Shown: positions 13,561 to 26,025 of the stretch, in pieces
Position numbering within the stretch: position 1 is the stretch's first letter
Layout of the letters: each line of letters opens with the position of its first letter
NCBI GenBank assembly: GCA_002269645.1
Contig: NIVC01000662.1
Location: 1 to 64,000 of the forward strand
Source: Macrostomum lignano
Lineage: Eukaryota
Direction: 5' to 3'
Length of the DNA stretch: 64,000 nucleotides
Notes under the pieces: generated by a model
Database searches by the model: none
Told to the model about the DNA's origin: nothing
What the model saw: the letters and a program-made list of their open reading frames with translations, nothing else
Made by a program: the position numbers and the translations under genes

Positions 13561-14657
13561 TATAATCAACCAAACCAAATTCTTAACTATTGCCAAGGTT
13601 GCTTAATGGTTGGCCATTACCTATGTAGTAGCGGTACTGTATTTCTAGGAATTATTGTTTTAAAACTAGCGCAAAAATTAATATTCTTTTGTTATAATAT
13701 GCGAAATATTCTCAAGTTGTAAGAGTTTATTTTAAATATACGCAATTGACTAGGAGAAATAAGAGAGAGCCGAAGGGATGGAAGGATAACTTGTTTGCTA
13801 GCCACAAGCTCAAAACATGTTCGATAACTTCTATCAAATCATTGCTTATTTCTAAGAGTATTACAGAAAAGGTTGAAAGTTGCAATTGGAATTCATGCAA
13901 AGAGTAGTATTAAGAGTAATCGCTATGACCCTCTAATCTCAGTAACACCCAGACTGGAGAAAGAGAGAGAGAAAATACATATAGCAGTACTAGACTGCTC
14001 AGGCGATATACTAGCCTAAGAATGCTACCAGACCATATACTAAGAACACTACCTAGAAATATATGAGATTCAAAGAAACAGTTAGAAAAATTAAGGCAAA
14101 AATTTAGTATCAGCAGTAAAAATTTAATAGAGGGAAATTGAAAACCTGTCACAACTGGTAGCAATCAGTGGGATAGTCAGAGGATAGAAGTAAGCCCTAC
14201 GACAACTTTGGTGCCAACTGTAGGATAATTTCTACTAGAGAGAGCTGAAAGGCCTGTTACACCAATGCATTTAACCATCTAGTGCAGTGCTAAGGATAAA
14301 TGGCTCTTTAATAGGGCCTAGAGGCCTAGTAGGCAATAGCTAGGGCCTAGTAGTGGTACTGTCATAGGCCCTAGTGACGTCATACCAGTAACCAAATAGA
14401 CTAGGCCCCTAGCTTTAATTGAGTAAACAACTGATAGACCTAGGCCCCTATTCATTTAAGTATAATGTTTTAATTAATGCTTTAATGTTAATGTAAATTA
14501 AGTAAGCAAAATTTAAGTATAATTTAATTTTACATTAAATTGCAGAGCATAAACTTTTTTCTGAAGTCGGCCTAACATGTTTACTGTGCATTCTGATATT
14601 TTTTCTTTATGTTCTAATCAGTTCAATTTCATTTTCAGACTGACCAGCCAACTTGTA

Positions 14658-15025
14658 GGCTTTTCATATTACCGATTCCAGAACCAGAATCGGTTCGAGA
14701 AGCTTATTCATATTGTCTGTTTAATTTTCAGAATCGGTTCCAGAACCGTGTTCTAATTCTGGAAATTTGGACCGAGAAATTTTCATGTTTACTTACATTT
14801 AAACAGTAAAATAGATTTGAAATCGTCAAGTTCTTATTATCGGTATTTCGTTAATAATAATTCCTTTTTTGTTATATCTACGAAAAAACAAAGTCAAGGA
14901 AAGACAAAATTAAATTGTAAAGACAGCAAACATAAAATGGGTTCGAAGCTCTTTCATTTTCCTACCGATTCTGGTTCTGGAATCGGAAAATTATTCTGGT
15001 TTTAGACCGATCTTCGTGAAAAGCC
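14658..15025. mobile_element. 368-bp MITE-like non-autonomous element
   Basis: Termini TA|GGCTTTTCA ... TGAAAAGCC|TA. Subterminal 22-bp perfect inverted pair CCGATTCCAGAACCAGAATCGG / CCGATTCTGGTTCTGGAATCGG. No coding capacity. Confidence 0.7.
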
Positions 15026-18000
15026 TATCGCTTGAATTGCGTCTTCTTCGGATTTCGATGAAAATTAAAATTTATGATAAACTTAACAGTAACTTTTTGG
15101 ATAAAGTTAAAATTAGCGAAAAATTATAGTATATATCGTTTTTTGCATATAACGACGAAAAAATATGACTTTGTTTTATTAGTTTTAGAAGCCTAATCAA
15201 ACATTTTCGACTTCTTCAGAAAGTAAAATATTTATTTGTTACTGACTTATCAAAAATAAAAAAACTGTTAATGAATAAGTGTTATTGAATAACTGTTAAT
15301 AAACCTTATTCATTAAAAAAACTGTAATGAATAAGGTTTAAGTACCTCGCTCAGTATTTTAATCGAAGAATCAGATATTTTCAAATCGTTTATACTAAAA
15401 TCAGAGCTAAAAACCTTATCATGCTGATGCTCTCACTCAGTTAAACTTCTGAATTCACGTCACGATTCTTGAACCTGATTAGCTGAGTTCTTTAGTTGAG
15501 TTCTATGCTAAGCTAAGCTAGGTAGCTAGGCTTGGTCCTATGCGATAGTCTAGATCATTAATTTTTTATATTCTAGACCTATCTAACTGAATAAATTAAA
15601 TGGTATAATGTCTAATGATTTTGTGAAAGTTTTAGGGACCCTAGCCTAGACTGATCACTGATGACGATGTACTATGTAGAAAGTTATAGAAATTTTTCAC
15701 TTACTAAGTTTTTAACTTTTATAGGGCCCAACCAAAATTTTTTTGAGGGGAGGGCCATAGTCAAGATCATGGCATGCCATGCCTATTACTATCAGATAAA
15801 TGTGCTTGCACTATGTATCTTAACTTATTTTGTCAAAAAAACACAATAACATATATATCTCCATTTTTACAATGATTTTGTTTGCTTAGCTTTTGACTAG
15901 TTTCTCAAGTTCTGCCAACATTTTGACTTTTGACTGGTTGACCCACCTGACCCCCCTCAACTGGCGTGACCCCCAGACAAAATTCTTGGCTATGCAACTG
16001 ACTATATTATTATAAGCATTAAGTATTTACATTACAAGCTAATTAATTAACAAATAAATAAATAAATTTCAAGGTAAGGCATTTAAAGAGCTATGCTTAT
16101 AAAACATATAAGATCAGACTACAAAGTGGTAATCAACAACTTTGCTAATGTCATAATTTGTAGCTTGGCCTCAAGTAGCAAAAAAGAAGGGGTCCTAATA
16201 CTGCAAAACCCCATGCTCTCAGTCACCCTTGTAATAGAGGCAAGCAGTGTTGTTTAGTAGGCTCTCCATCTTTAACTATGTTAGCAAAATATCATGCCAA
16301 AATTTTTGTGCCAAATTGTGCCAAATTTTTTTCCTGCACTGCACTGCATCAATTTCCTCCCCCCTGTCTGCTGTTGCACTGGAATGCGCTGACATAGTGC
16401 ATTTCCAACCTCCTTTTGCAATGGAATTCTCCATAAAAAAGGCCATCTTCTTGATTTTGGAAGGGGGCAGATTCTGAAGGGTAAAGTCCCAGGAGAGGGG
16501 CGGAGGGGTGTCTCTGTTTTTGGCAAAAATTTGCTTGGCCCCCTTTCATTTTTTTGGGTCTCTGCCTAAGGGGGGCAACTGCCCCCCTCCCTACCCCCCC
16601 CCCCTTGGTTGCACCAGTGATAGGGCCTAGCTTTAATGATATCATGTGTATTGACTGTTTTTTGTTATTTAATGTAGTGACCTTTGCAAAAGTTTGATAC
16701 AGTAGGGTGAGTAGGCCTAAATACCCTATACTAAAATATATTATATAGTATACCTAATCCCAATACCCAATAATAATAGGGTTTCAATGGGGGTAATAGT
16801 CCCCCTTTCATCTTATCAGAGACCTAAAAATGAAAGGGGGATCAAGCACATTTTTGCCAATGTTGGTCTGCCCTCTAAAAGATTTATGAGGTAGCTAACA
16901 AAAAGCAAATCAGTTTTTTTGCCAACTAGGCCCTAATAGGGTTGGAAAAAAGCTAGGCCTAGCCATGATTAGTCATTAAATTAAATTCAATCTATTTCAA
17001 ATCAAAACCACAAGAACAATTAATAGAAAGGCATTTTAATATTCAAAAAATATATGCTTTGTTGCTTGCATGTCAATATTTTTCCCCCTTTCTTTTTGTC
17101 CCTATGCATTCCCCCTTTATCCCTCTCATTAGTAAGCACTTTAAGTTATTGTTATCAACTTGCAATTCTATTACATGTGAATATGAATAACTTATGCCAC
17201 ATGTTATTTTGTATGTTATTCCACATATCATTCTGCACATTGTTAAGCATGCTATTCCATAAGTTATTCCACACATTATTTTGCATGTTACAAAGCATTT
17301 TTCTACAATGTACATGTTCTCTATAAAATTTACAAGTAATTTTTTAATTTTTGGTACATTTTAAATGTAAAGCAAAAGACCACATGTACATGATCTTGTT
17401 GTTATATTTTCCTGGATTGCAAGTATATACCATTTGTAAAATTATAATTGACTGCAACAGAGTACTATAGTTGCAGAGTTGTAAGTTGAGTTATGGAGTT
17501 GCATGCATAGCGACGGGGTTGTAGAGAGGAGAAGGAAATATGTTTAAAAAGTAGATGTGCCAAATAAAGTATGGAACGACATACAGACTTAATCCCTGAA
17601 TGGTCAACGCATCGCTATGGATGGAGAATAACATGTGGAATAACATGCGTAATAATGTGTGGTGTATGTTACACTCCTTTCTATTACTTTAATAGGCCTA
17701 TATAGTTAAAAATTAATATAAAGTATTAACACTGACATACTTGAGAGCTTTATTACTCTTGTGTTATCTAGCATTTGTCAAATCTTGCTATTAGCACTTA
17801 TACTATATTTTTATTTATTAAAGAGATTTGTATTCATTAAGCCTTTATCATTTTATAATTGGTAGCAATCTTATTTGAATTTGTCAATTTTATATTGAAC
17901 TCTGTATCTGTCAATTCTATGCCTAGTTTAAAAAATTAAAATATAGGGCCTAAGACTGGACTAGCTGCGTGAACTTTTCTTTTGTTAGTAGATGGGTACT

Positions 18001-19025
18001 AATACTATAATCTCTTTTTGAAAAAGACATTAGGAGCAAGCTTGACTTGGTCAGTTGATATAAATTTGGTTTGACATAGTTGCAAAAGTTTGTTTCACAA
18101 CTTCTTGAATACTTAAGACTAGTTTATTTACTAAGTAAATGAATTATTACATAGTGACTAGAAAGCCAAAGCACTATGCCTTTCTTTGGTCCAACTCTGC
18201 TTTTTTCCACTAAATTTCTAGTTGCATAATTGTACTACTATATTCATTTTTATCATAGACCCAGAATACACTATGCAGGCATTATAGCACTAATAGTAGT
18301 ATGTGTAGATTATAACAATAGGCCAAAAACCTTGGTGGGCTCCCTGTTGCATGCTGTGCACATGGCATGACTGCCTTAGAGTACCTAAGAGTATAGCCTA
18401 ATCTTATCAACTTATTAAATATGCTTCTTATTAACTAACAACAATAATTTAGCTTTTTAAGTTCTCATCACCCTTTTAATTAATAAATATAGTTTATCCT
18501 AAGGCTATAGTATTAATACTTAGTTGTGCAACTAAAACTATATACTAAGGTCTTATTTATAAAGTTTATTCAGTTTAATATGCTTTGTTGTTCTATTTCC
18601 ATGTGGTACCCCTCTAAAAATTTACTTTACTATGTCCAGAGACAGGAGAAATTTAGACAGAAAATATAAGCTAGCCTTTCTCTGCCTTTGGGTCTTGCTC
18701 CTTACCTTCTTAATAAAATTTAGGTATTATGGCTAAGCAAAGTATTGAAAAAACATACTATCAAAGCAAATACTTCTAAATAAATTAGCATATGAAATTC
18801 AATGTAAAGCAGCTCATTATACTACCAATGATGTTGGGAAAAAAATTGATATTCACATAATTTTGTTTATTTTCAATTACATTTAGGTAGCAGACTCTTA
18901 ATAGAAGAACACAGGTGTGGATGTGTGCACAGTTATTTGTTAAAATCTAGTTTAATTTAGGAAATTACTACGTGGATCGGTTGAACTGGGAGTCAAAATG
19001 AAGGCCACGCACTCAGCTTGCAGCC

Positions 19026-22000
19026 ATGGCCTCTACTAGCACCGCGGGCAGTCCAATCAAAGAATCTTTCCCGCTGCACGCCGCCGTCTGGAACAACGAC
19101 GCCGACTGGTTGAAACGCCAGCTGGCAGAGCTCAACACTGATGCGTCATCGTCTGAGGCGGTCACGGCCAAACTCGAGCTCAAAGACCCTCGACACCGGA
19201 CAGCGCTGCAGCTGGCTGTAGTCCTTTGCCGGGTAGACTGCGCCAAACTTCTGCTGGACGCCGGCGCCAGCACCCAGGCCAACGACGGCATCTGGGACGT
19301 GCTGGACGAGGCAATCAGCCGATCCGATGTGGAGCTGACATCCTCTGTCCTTAGCTACAGGATTCTGCAGATGCAGCGCCACTTCAACGCCGACACCAGA
19401 CGCCTGTTGCAGCAACTGAACGAATCGCCTGATTTCTACGTTGAACTCAAATGGGATTTCTCGTCTTGGATACCTTTGATTAGTCGCTATTGCCCCAACG
19501 ACAGTTGCCGAGTGTACAAATCCGGCTCGCTTGTCCGAGTGGACTCCACCCTGATTGGCATGGACGGCACCACGGCTGTGCGGGGCAATCTGTCGTATAT
19601 ATTCCGCTTGTCCGAGAGCGGACTCCGGCTGGACATTGTTAATCACGATAAGCGCACCGTCATACAGGAGACTCTGTCCGATCTGACTGGGTCGGCGGCT
19701 GGCGGCGAGGGATTGGCGGAATCGAGACAGCCGGAGGTGGCGCTGCTGGGTCAGGTGAGTAATACATGTAATTCTGGCTATTAATATCAATATTATGATG
19801 CTAGTGTGTTGCTCAGGCTTGGCAAGAAAATACTAGATTTCGCTTCGATTATTAGCCATGTTGTCATTCCTAATCATCGATGAGCCAGGTGATAATTGAT
19901 CAGGTAATATTTGGATCCCGCTGACTAGCCAGGTTATAATTAGATCGTACTGATAAGTCAGGTGATAATTAGATTCTACTGATAAGCCAGGTGATAATTA
20001 GATGCTACTGATAAGCCAGGTGATAATTAGACGTTACTGATAAGCCAGGTGATAATTAGATGCCACTGATAAGTCAGGTGATAATTAGATGCCACTCTCA
20101 CCTGTGCCACTATTCGGACAGGTCGAATACCTGCTGAGCCGGCCAGTCCGCGGCACCCGAGTGCTATTAGAAAACGTTGTTTTCGAGCGCAGCAAGTCCG
20201 GCATCCTCGGCTGGAAAGGCGAGCGCACGGAGACTGTGGCCGGTCGCGAATGCAAAGTATTCAGCGCTTCCGGCGTTCGAGTTCTCAATTTCCGGCGCAC
20301 GGATCACCTGACCGCCGAGCAGAAGGCGGAGCTGCAGAGCTCGGCTAACCCGTTAGCCAGCCTGGTGCAGAGCGAGCGCCGGCTCGAGTACGTGCCCGGT
20401 GCCGTCTCCGCCCAGGAGTACTTCAACCGGCAGCTGAGCCTAGCCGGCCGCGACGTCGGGGTGCCGCGCGACATCTCGCTGCGCGAGCACAGCTTCACAG
20501 CCAAGCTGTGGATGTGCGACAGCTTCCCGCTCAATCTGCAAGACCAGGTTAGGTGCTTGTGTTGCCGAATTTGATTGACCAATTGTTTTAACTGTCCGCA
20601 GTTATGGCGGGGGCCATCGAGTGTGCGGTTGAGCACAAATGTCAAGTCAATTTTCACAGTCCCCAGTTATTGGTGATATTAATACTTTTTTATAAACTTG
20701 TCACCTGTCTCCCCTCCCCCCTCAGGTGCTGCCAGTGCTGGACCTGATGGCCAATAAATCGGCTCATTTTTCGCAGTTGCGCGAATTCGTCACCCTCCAA
20801 CTGCCGGCCGGCTTCCCCCTGCGCGTTGAAATCCCGCTGCACACTCTGTTGCAGGCCAACGTGTCCTTCTGTAACCTGTTCGCCGCTGATAGCCCCGCCG
20901 AGCACGTCAGCTGCCTGCGCGATGTTGTCCAGGTGATGGCCCGTCTGTACTAGCATCCACATTGGCTAGATTAGCAATCCATTCTCTACCTGCATCCACA
21001 TTGGCTAGATTAGCTATCCATTCTCTACCTGCATCCACATTGGCTAGATTAGCAATCCATTCTCTACCTGCATCCACATTGGCTAGATTAGCAATCCATT
21101 CTCTACCTGCATCCACATTGGCTAGATTAGCTACCCATTCTCTACCTGCATTCACATTGGCTAGATTAGCTATCCATTCTCTACCTGCATCCATGTTGGC
21201 TAGATTAGCAATCCATTCTTTACCTGCATCCACATTGGCTAGATTAGCAATCCATTCTCTACCTGCATCCACATTGGCTAGATTAGCTATCCATTCTCTA
21301 CCTGCATCCACATTGGCTAGATTAGCAATCCATTCTCTACCTGCATCCACATTGGCTAGATTAGCTATCCATTCTCTACCTGCATCCACATTGGCTAGAT
21401 TAGCAATCCATTCTCTACCTGCATCCACATTGGCTAGATTAGCTATCCATTCTCTACTTGCATCCATGTTGGCTAGATTAGCAATCCATTCTCTACCTGC
21501 ATCCATGTTGGCTAGATTAGCAATCCATTCTCTACCTGCATCCATATTGGCTAGATTAGCAATCCACTCTTTACCTGCATCCACATTGGCTAGATTAGCT
21601 ATCCATTTTTTACCTGCATCCACATTGGCTAGATTAGCAATCCATTCTCTACCTGCATCCATGTTGGCTAGATTAGCAATCCATTCCCTACCTGCATCCA
21701 TGTTGACTAGATTAGCAATCCTTCTTTACCTGCATCCACATTGGCTAGATTAGCTATCCATTTTTTACCTGCATCCACATTGGCTAGATTAGCAATCCAT
21801 TCTCTACCTGCATCCATGTTGGCTAGATTAGCAATCCACGAACTAGATTAGCAATCCACGAACTAGATTAGCAATCCACGAACTAGATTAGCAATCCACG
21901 AACTAGATTAGCAGACCATGAACTAGATTAGCAGTCCATGAACTAGGTTAGCAATCCACGAACTAGATTAGCAATCCACGAACTAGATTAGCAGACCATG

Positions 22001-22882
22001 AACTAGATTAGCAGTCCATGAACTAGGTTAGCAATCCACGAACTAGATTAGCAATCCACGAACTAGATTAGCAGACCATGAACTAGATTAGCAGTCCATG
22101 AACTAGGTTAGCAATCCACGAACTAGATTAGCAATCCACGAACTAGATTAGCAGTCCATGAACTAGATTAGCAGTCCATGAACTAGATTAGCAGTCCATG
22201 AACTAGATTAGCAGTAAATGAACTAGATTAGCAATCCACGAACTAGATTAGCAGTCCATGAACTAGATTAGCAGTCCATGAACTAGGTTATCAATCCATC
22301 AGCAACACAATAGTTTATTGCTGTTCAACCCTCGCCTCTCAGGAGGAATCCCGCGGCCCAGACCATGTATACTGCGCCGTAGACGAGCGCGCATTTGCCA
22401 TCCCTGGCGGCTACCGCCTGCTGTCAAATCGTCGCCCCAGATTCTCTCCAATGGGCCGAGAGGAGGATTATTACGCAAGCACAATGGCCGCCTCATCTGG
22501 CGGCGGCAGCGAGTTTGAGCAGCAGTTCACGGAGGAGCAGGACCTGCTGCAGATGGCGCTGGCCCAGTCGGATCTGCAGAAGGCTATCGAAGATTCTCTG
22601 CTATCCGCGGCTATTGAAGGCGGCGGCGGGGAGGCTGCCGAGGAAGGCAGCAGCGCGGAAGACAGCAGCGGCCGGCAGCAACAGCAGCAACAGCAACTGA
22701 CTGCGTATGAGTTGCTTCGCGAGCAGTCGCAGCAGCAGCCGCCGCAGCCAGCCGAAGTCGATCCAGAGTTAGCCGAGGCTGTCCGACTCAGCGAGCAGGC
22801 GGAAGCCGAACGTCGGCGTCTTGTCGAAGACGAAGAAGAGCAGCTGCGGCGAGTGTTGGAGCTGTCGCAGACAGAGAAGTGA
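19026..22882 (+). CDS. ANKRD13: Ankyrin repeat domain-containing protein 13 family (ANK repeats + GPCR-chaperone/DUF3424-type domain + C-terminal UIMs), 4 exons, 633 aa
   Basis: Exons 19026-19754, 20122-20547, 20726-20932, 22343-22882, all phase 0 with GT-AG. Motifs FPLHAAVW, DFYVELKWDFSSWIPLISRYCPNDSCRVYKSG, LWMCDSFPLNLQDQVLPVLDLMA, LPAGFPLRVEIPL and UIM-like EEQDLLQMALAQS / EEEQLRRVLELSQTEK. The A/B/D paralog cannot be assigned. Confidence 0.93.
19880..20095. repeat. ~29-bp minisatellite (CTGATAAGCCAGGTGATAATTAGATGCTA) in ANKRD13 intron 1
   Basis: About 6-7 copies ending ~25 nt before the acceptor. Confidence 0.85.
20953..21835. repeat. 39-bp minisatellite (TACCTGCATCCACATTGGCTAGATTAGCAATCCATTCTC) in ANKRD13 intron 3
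   Basis: About 22 copies starting 20 nt after the donor. Confidence 0.95.
21836..22298. repeat. 20-bp minisatellite (AACTAGATTAGCAATCCACG) with 80-bp higher-order repeat, ANKRD13 intron 3
   Basis: About 23 copies directly following the 39-mer and sharing its CTAGATTAGCAATCCA core. Confidence 0.95.
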
Positions 22883-23193
22883 CAGTAGTTCGAAGTTGCA
22901 CCTATTTTTCTAATTTGTGTGTTTCCATACCTGTTCTGATCATCGCTGCGTCATTAATTGGCTCTGTGTTGTTGAACAGCTTGCCATTCAATGCCTTTGT
23001 TTATATAGTTACTACTCAGCCGCTACCATCTGCTCACAACTTTGAGCTTGCTGAGTTTTGTTGTGTCGCGATTGTTTCAAGTTTAATCATCAGTGCATAT
23101 ATAAAATTACAAATGATTCTTTATTTTATATTCATATTTTGCACGCAAATATGGGGGGTGATTATTGCTGATCTTAAATATTGATAGGCAGAT

Positions 23194-23218
23194 GATAGAC
23201 AGATAGACAGATAGACAG

Positions 23219-23287
<69 letters not shown>

Positions 23288-23344
23288 CAGATAGATAGAT
23301 AGATAGACAGATAGATAGATAGATAGATAGATAAATAGATAGAC

Positions 23345-23423
<79 letters not shown>

Positions 23424-23448
23424 CAGATAGATAGATAGATAGATAGAC

Positions 23449-23494
<46 letters not shown>

Positions 23495-23514
23495 ATAGAT
23501 ATACAGATAGATAG

Positions 23515-23545
<31 letters not shown>

Positions 23546-23548
23546 GAC

Positions 23549-23647
<99 letters not shown>

Positions 23648-23648
23648 C

Positions 23649-23725
<77 letters not shown>

Positions 23726-23736
23726 AATAGATAGAC

Positions 23737-23819
<83 letters not shown>

Positions 23820-23832
23820 CAGATAGATAGAC

Positions 23833-23863
<31 letters not shown>

Positions 23864-23864
23864 C

Positions 23865-23895
<31 letters not shown>

Positions 23896-23900
23896 CAGAC

Positions 23901-23947
<47 letters not shown>

Positions 23948-23990
23948 AGATAGATAAATCGATAGGATAGATGTGTATTTAGATTTATTG
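23194..23990. repeat. (GATA)n/(GACA) microsatellite, ~0.8 kb
   Basis: Long GATA run with interspersed GACA and AATA variants, ~310 bp downstream of the ANKRD13 stop. Confidence 0.98.
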
Positions 23991-24256
23991 ATTAGTAAAT
24001 TAGCTACTGGCAAGAGTGAACCCGGAAATTACCAGACATTATAACAAAGGTGAAGTAATTATTAATGTTGTAAAGTAAAAACTACTTAGATAAGAAATGG
24101 TTACTCTTAAGAAATGTAGTAATATTTGGTTATCACTTTTATAACGAGTATTTACGAGTACTGTATTATTTTTAGGCATTTTTACCGAAATTACCCTCAG
24201 AAGACCCTATGGCCTCTTTCTTACCTAGGAAACATTTTCTTCAATTAATGAGTTTG

Positions 24257-24629
24257 ATGGGCCACGCATCACATTTGTGTGTAAGCTACTTTCAGTTCAG
24301 TAGCAAGTTTTAAATAGAAGCATTTTAATGTATTTTAGGCACCCCCAGCTAAACCCCTCCGACCGCGTCTTTCCACCCCAAACTTCTACCCCCTCCCCAA
24401 CCCCAATTTTTTATTGCTTTCCTTTCCCCGGTGTTTCAGCCTAAACCGCCTGCCATGTACATTCTTATTAGCGCTGGGCTAATGTACATTGCGGCTGCAC
24501 CAATCGCAATAAGCTGTTCATGTCTGCAAACTGCCTTACTTTTTATAAAATAGCTTACGTATTCCTTCTTGCTACTGAACTGAAAGTAGAGGAACGGTTT
24601 TACCAATCAAATATGTCGAAGTGGCCCAT
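24257..24629 (+). mobile_element. ~370-bp MITE-like element, copy 1
   Basis: Termini ATGGGCCAC ... GTGGCCCAT and subterminal inverted CTACTTTCAGTTCAGTAGCAAG / CTTGCTACTGAACTGAAAGTAG; the whole body is homologous to an inverted copy at 25341-25712. Confidence 0.65.
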
Positions 24630-24958
24630 TTACATGTAAGTTATATTATAGTACCAGAGCTTTGCAGTCTATTCGATATAATTAATTCTAATTATATTGC
24701 GCTAATTTATGCCCACAAGAGTTAATTTGTTGGTTAATTAGATTTGTTAGATCATCATAATGATAGCTAGCTGAATTTAATACACATCTGTCAATATTAT
24801 TATATTGTGTTGTCGCACTGTGTCTTCTGTTGCCTGTCGCCTGTTCTTTCATGTAAGCTATTTTGGCTATTATATATATTGGTTAAGTTTTATATAGAAT
24901 CAATAACGCTTGCTAGTCTCTGTCTGTGTCTGTTTTGTTGTTGTAAAATTCTTTAACG

Positions 24959-25023
24959 CCACGTCACGCGCCACGGTAACAATCGCGCTGTAATGGTTAA
25001 TTACTCGTAAATCGCCTATAAAG
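24959..25023 (+). promoter_or_regulatory. Possible CBS core promoter (CCACGTCA motif and CTATAAAG TATA-like box)
   Basis: CCACGTCA (reverse complement TGACGTGG, a bZIP CRE/UPRE-type site) at 24959-24966 and CTATAAAG at ~25016-25023, ~1 kb upstream of the CBS ATG. Short motifs only; TSS unknown. Confidence 0.2.
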
Positions 25024-25340
25024 GTTACGTAAAGTGTTCTGTGTGTCTTGAAACTCACCATTTGCTATTTTGTTCCGAAAAGCCGCTATCCACACTTTCA
25101 CAAATTCGTCTTAGGCGTAATTTTATCCTGCGCTAAAAATTATAATTAACTGTTTTGAATAAATGTATTCACCACTATGCTATAAGCAATGAAGAAAAGT
25201 CTTTTTAGTTTTTATTCTTTTTCTGTTGTTCAAATAGCGAGTTCCATTGGCAAGGATTCGATGTTTCAGTGTTTAAGATCTCGGTTTAACACATTTTCTT
25301 GTGTCCTCTTTTTTTCAAACTCCACATATATAAACACTCG

Positions 25341-25712
25341 ATGGACTATTTAGGCATATCTGCTTCGTAAAACTGTTTCTCTACTGTCAGTTCAGTAGCA
25401 AAGAAGAATGCGTAAGCTATTTCATAAAAAGAAAGTCAATTAGAAGTGACTTGCAGACGTAAACAGCTTACTGCTATTGGTGCAGCCGTAATGTACATTG
25501 GCTCAGCGCCACTGAAAATCTGAAATGTACATGGCAAGGCAACTTTAGGCTGGAACACTGGGCATTGGGCAATAAAAATAGGCGCGTGGTGGGGGTGAGG
25601 GTTTGGTGTGGAAAGACGCGGTCGGAGGGGAGCAGCTTGGGCTAACCAAAGTACGTTAAAATGCTTCTATTTTATTTACTACTGAACAGACAGTAGCTTA
25701 CACGCGAATGTG
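25341..25712 (-). mobile_element. MITE-like element, copy 2 (inverted relative to copy 1)
   Basis: Reverse complement aligns over ~350 bp with 24270-24629 (e.g. CCCCTCCGACCGCGTCTT and GCCATGTACATT...AATGTACATT.CGGCTGCACCAAT); one terminus is eroded. Confidence 0.65.
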
Positions 25713-26025
25713 TTAAGTAATTACGATTATATTGTATCTTTGACACTGTCGAGAACTTTAAATAAATCATCGAATAAATACAGAGATTTTTTAGTTCAAA
25801 TAATATGTATGTCGCCAGGTTAATAAAAGTAGTTTGATTGCAATCCAAACTAATACAAATTATAGTATTACTAGTATTACTTCGTACGCGTAAACTATGA
25901 GTCATGATTCTCGTCAAGTTACTAACAGTAGTTTAGTCAGTGCTTTGAGACTTGGTGAACAAATACAAAAGAATTATTCAATGCATGAATTTGCATTCAA
26001 ACCGCGCTCTATAAATTTAACTACT

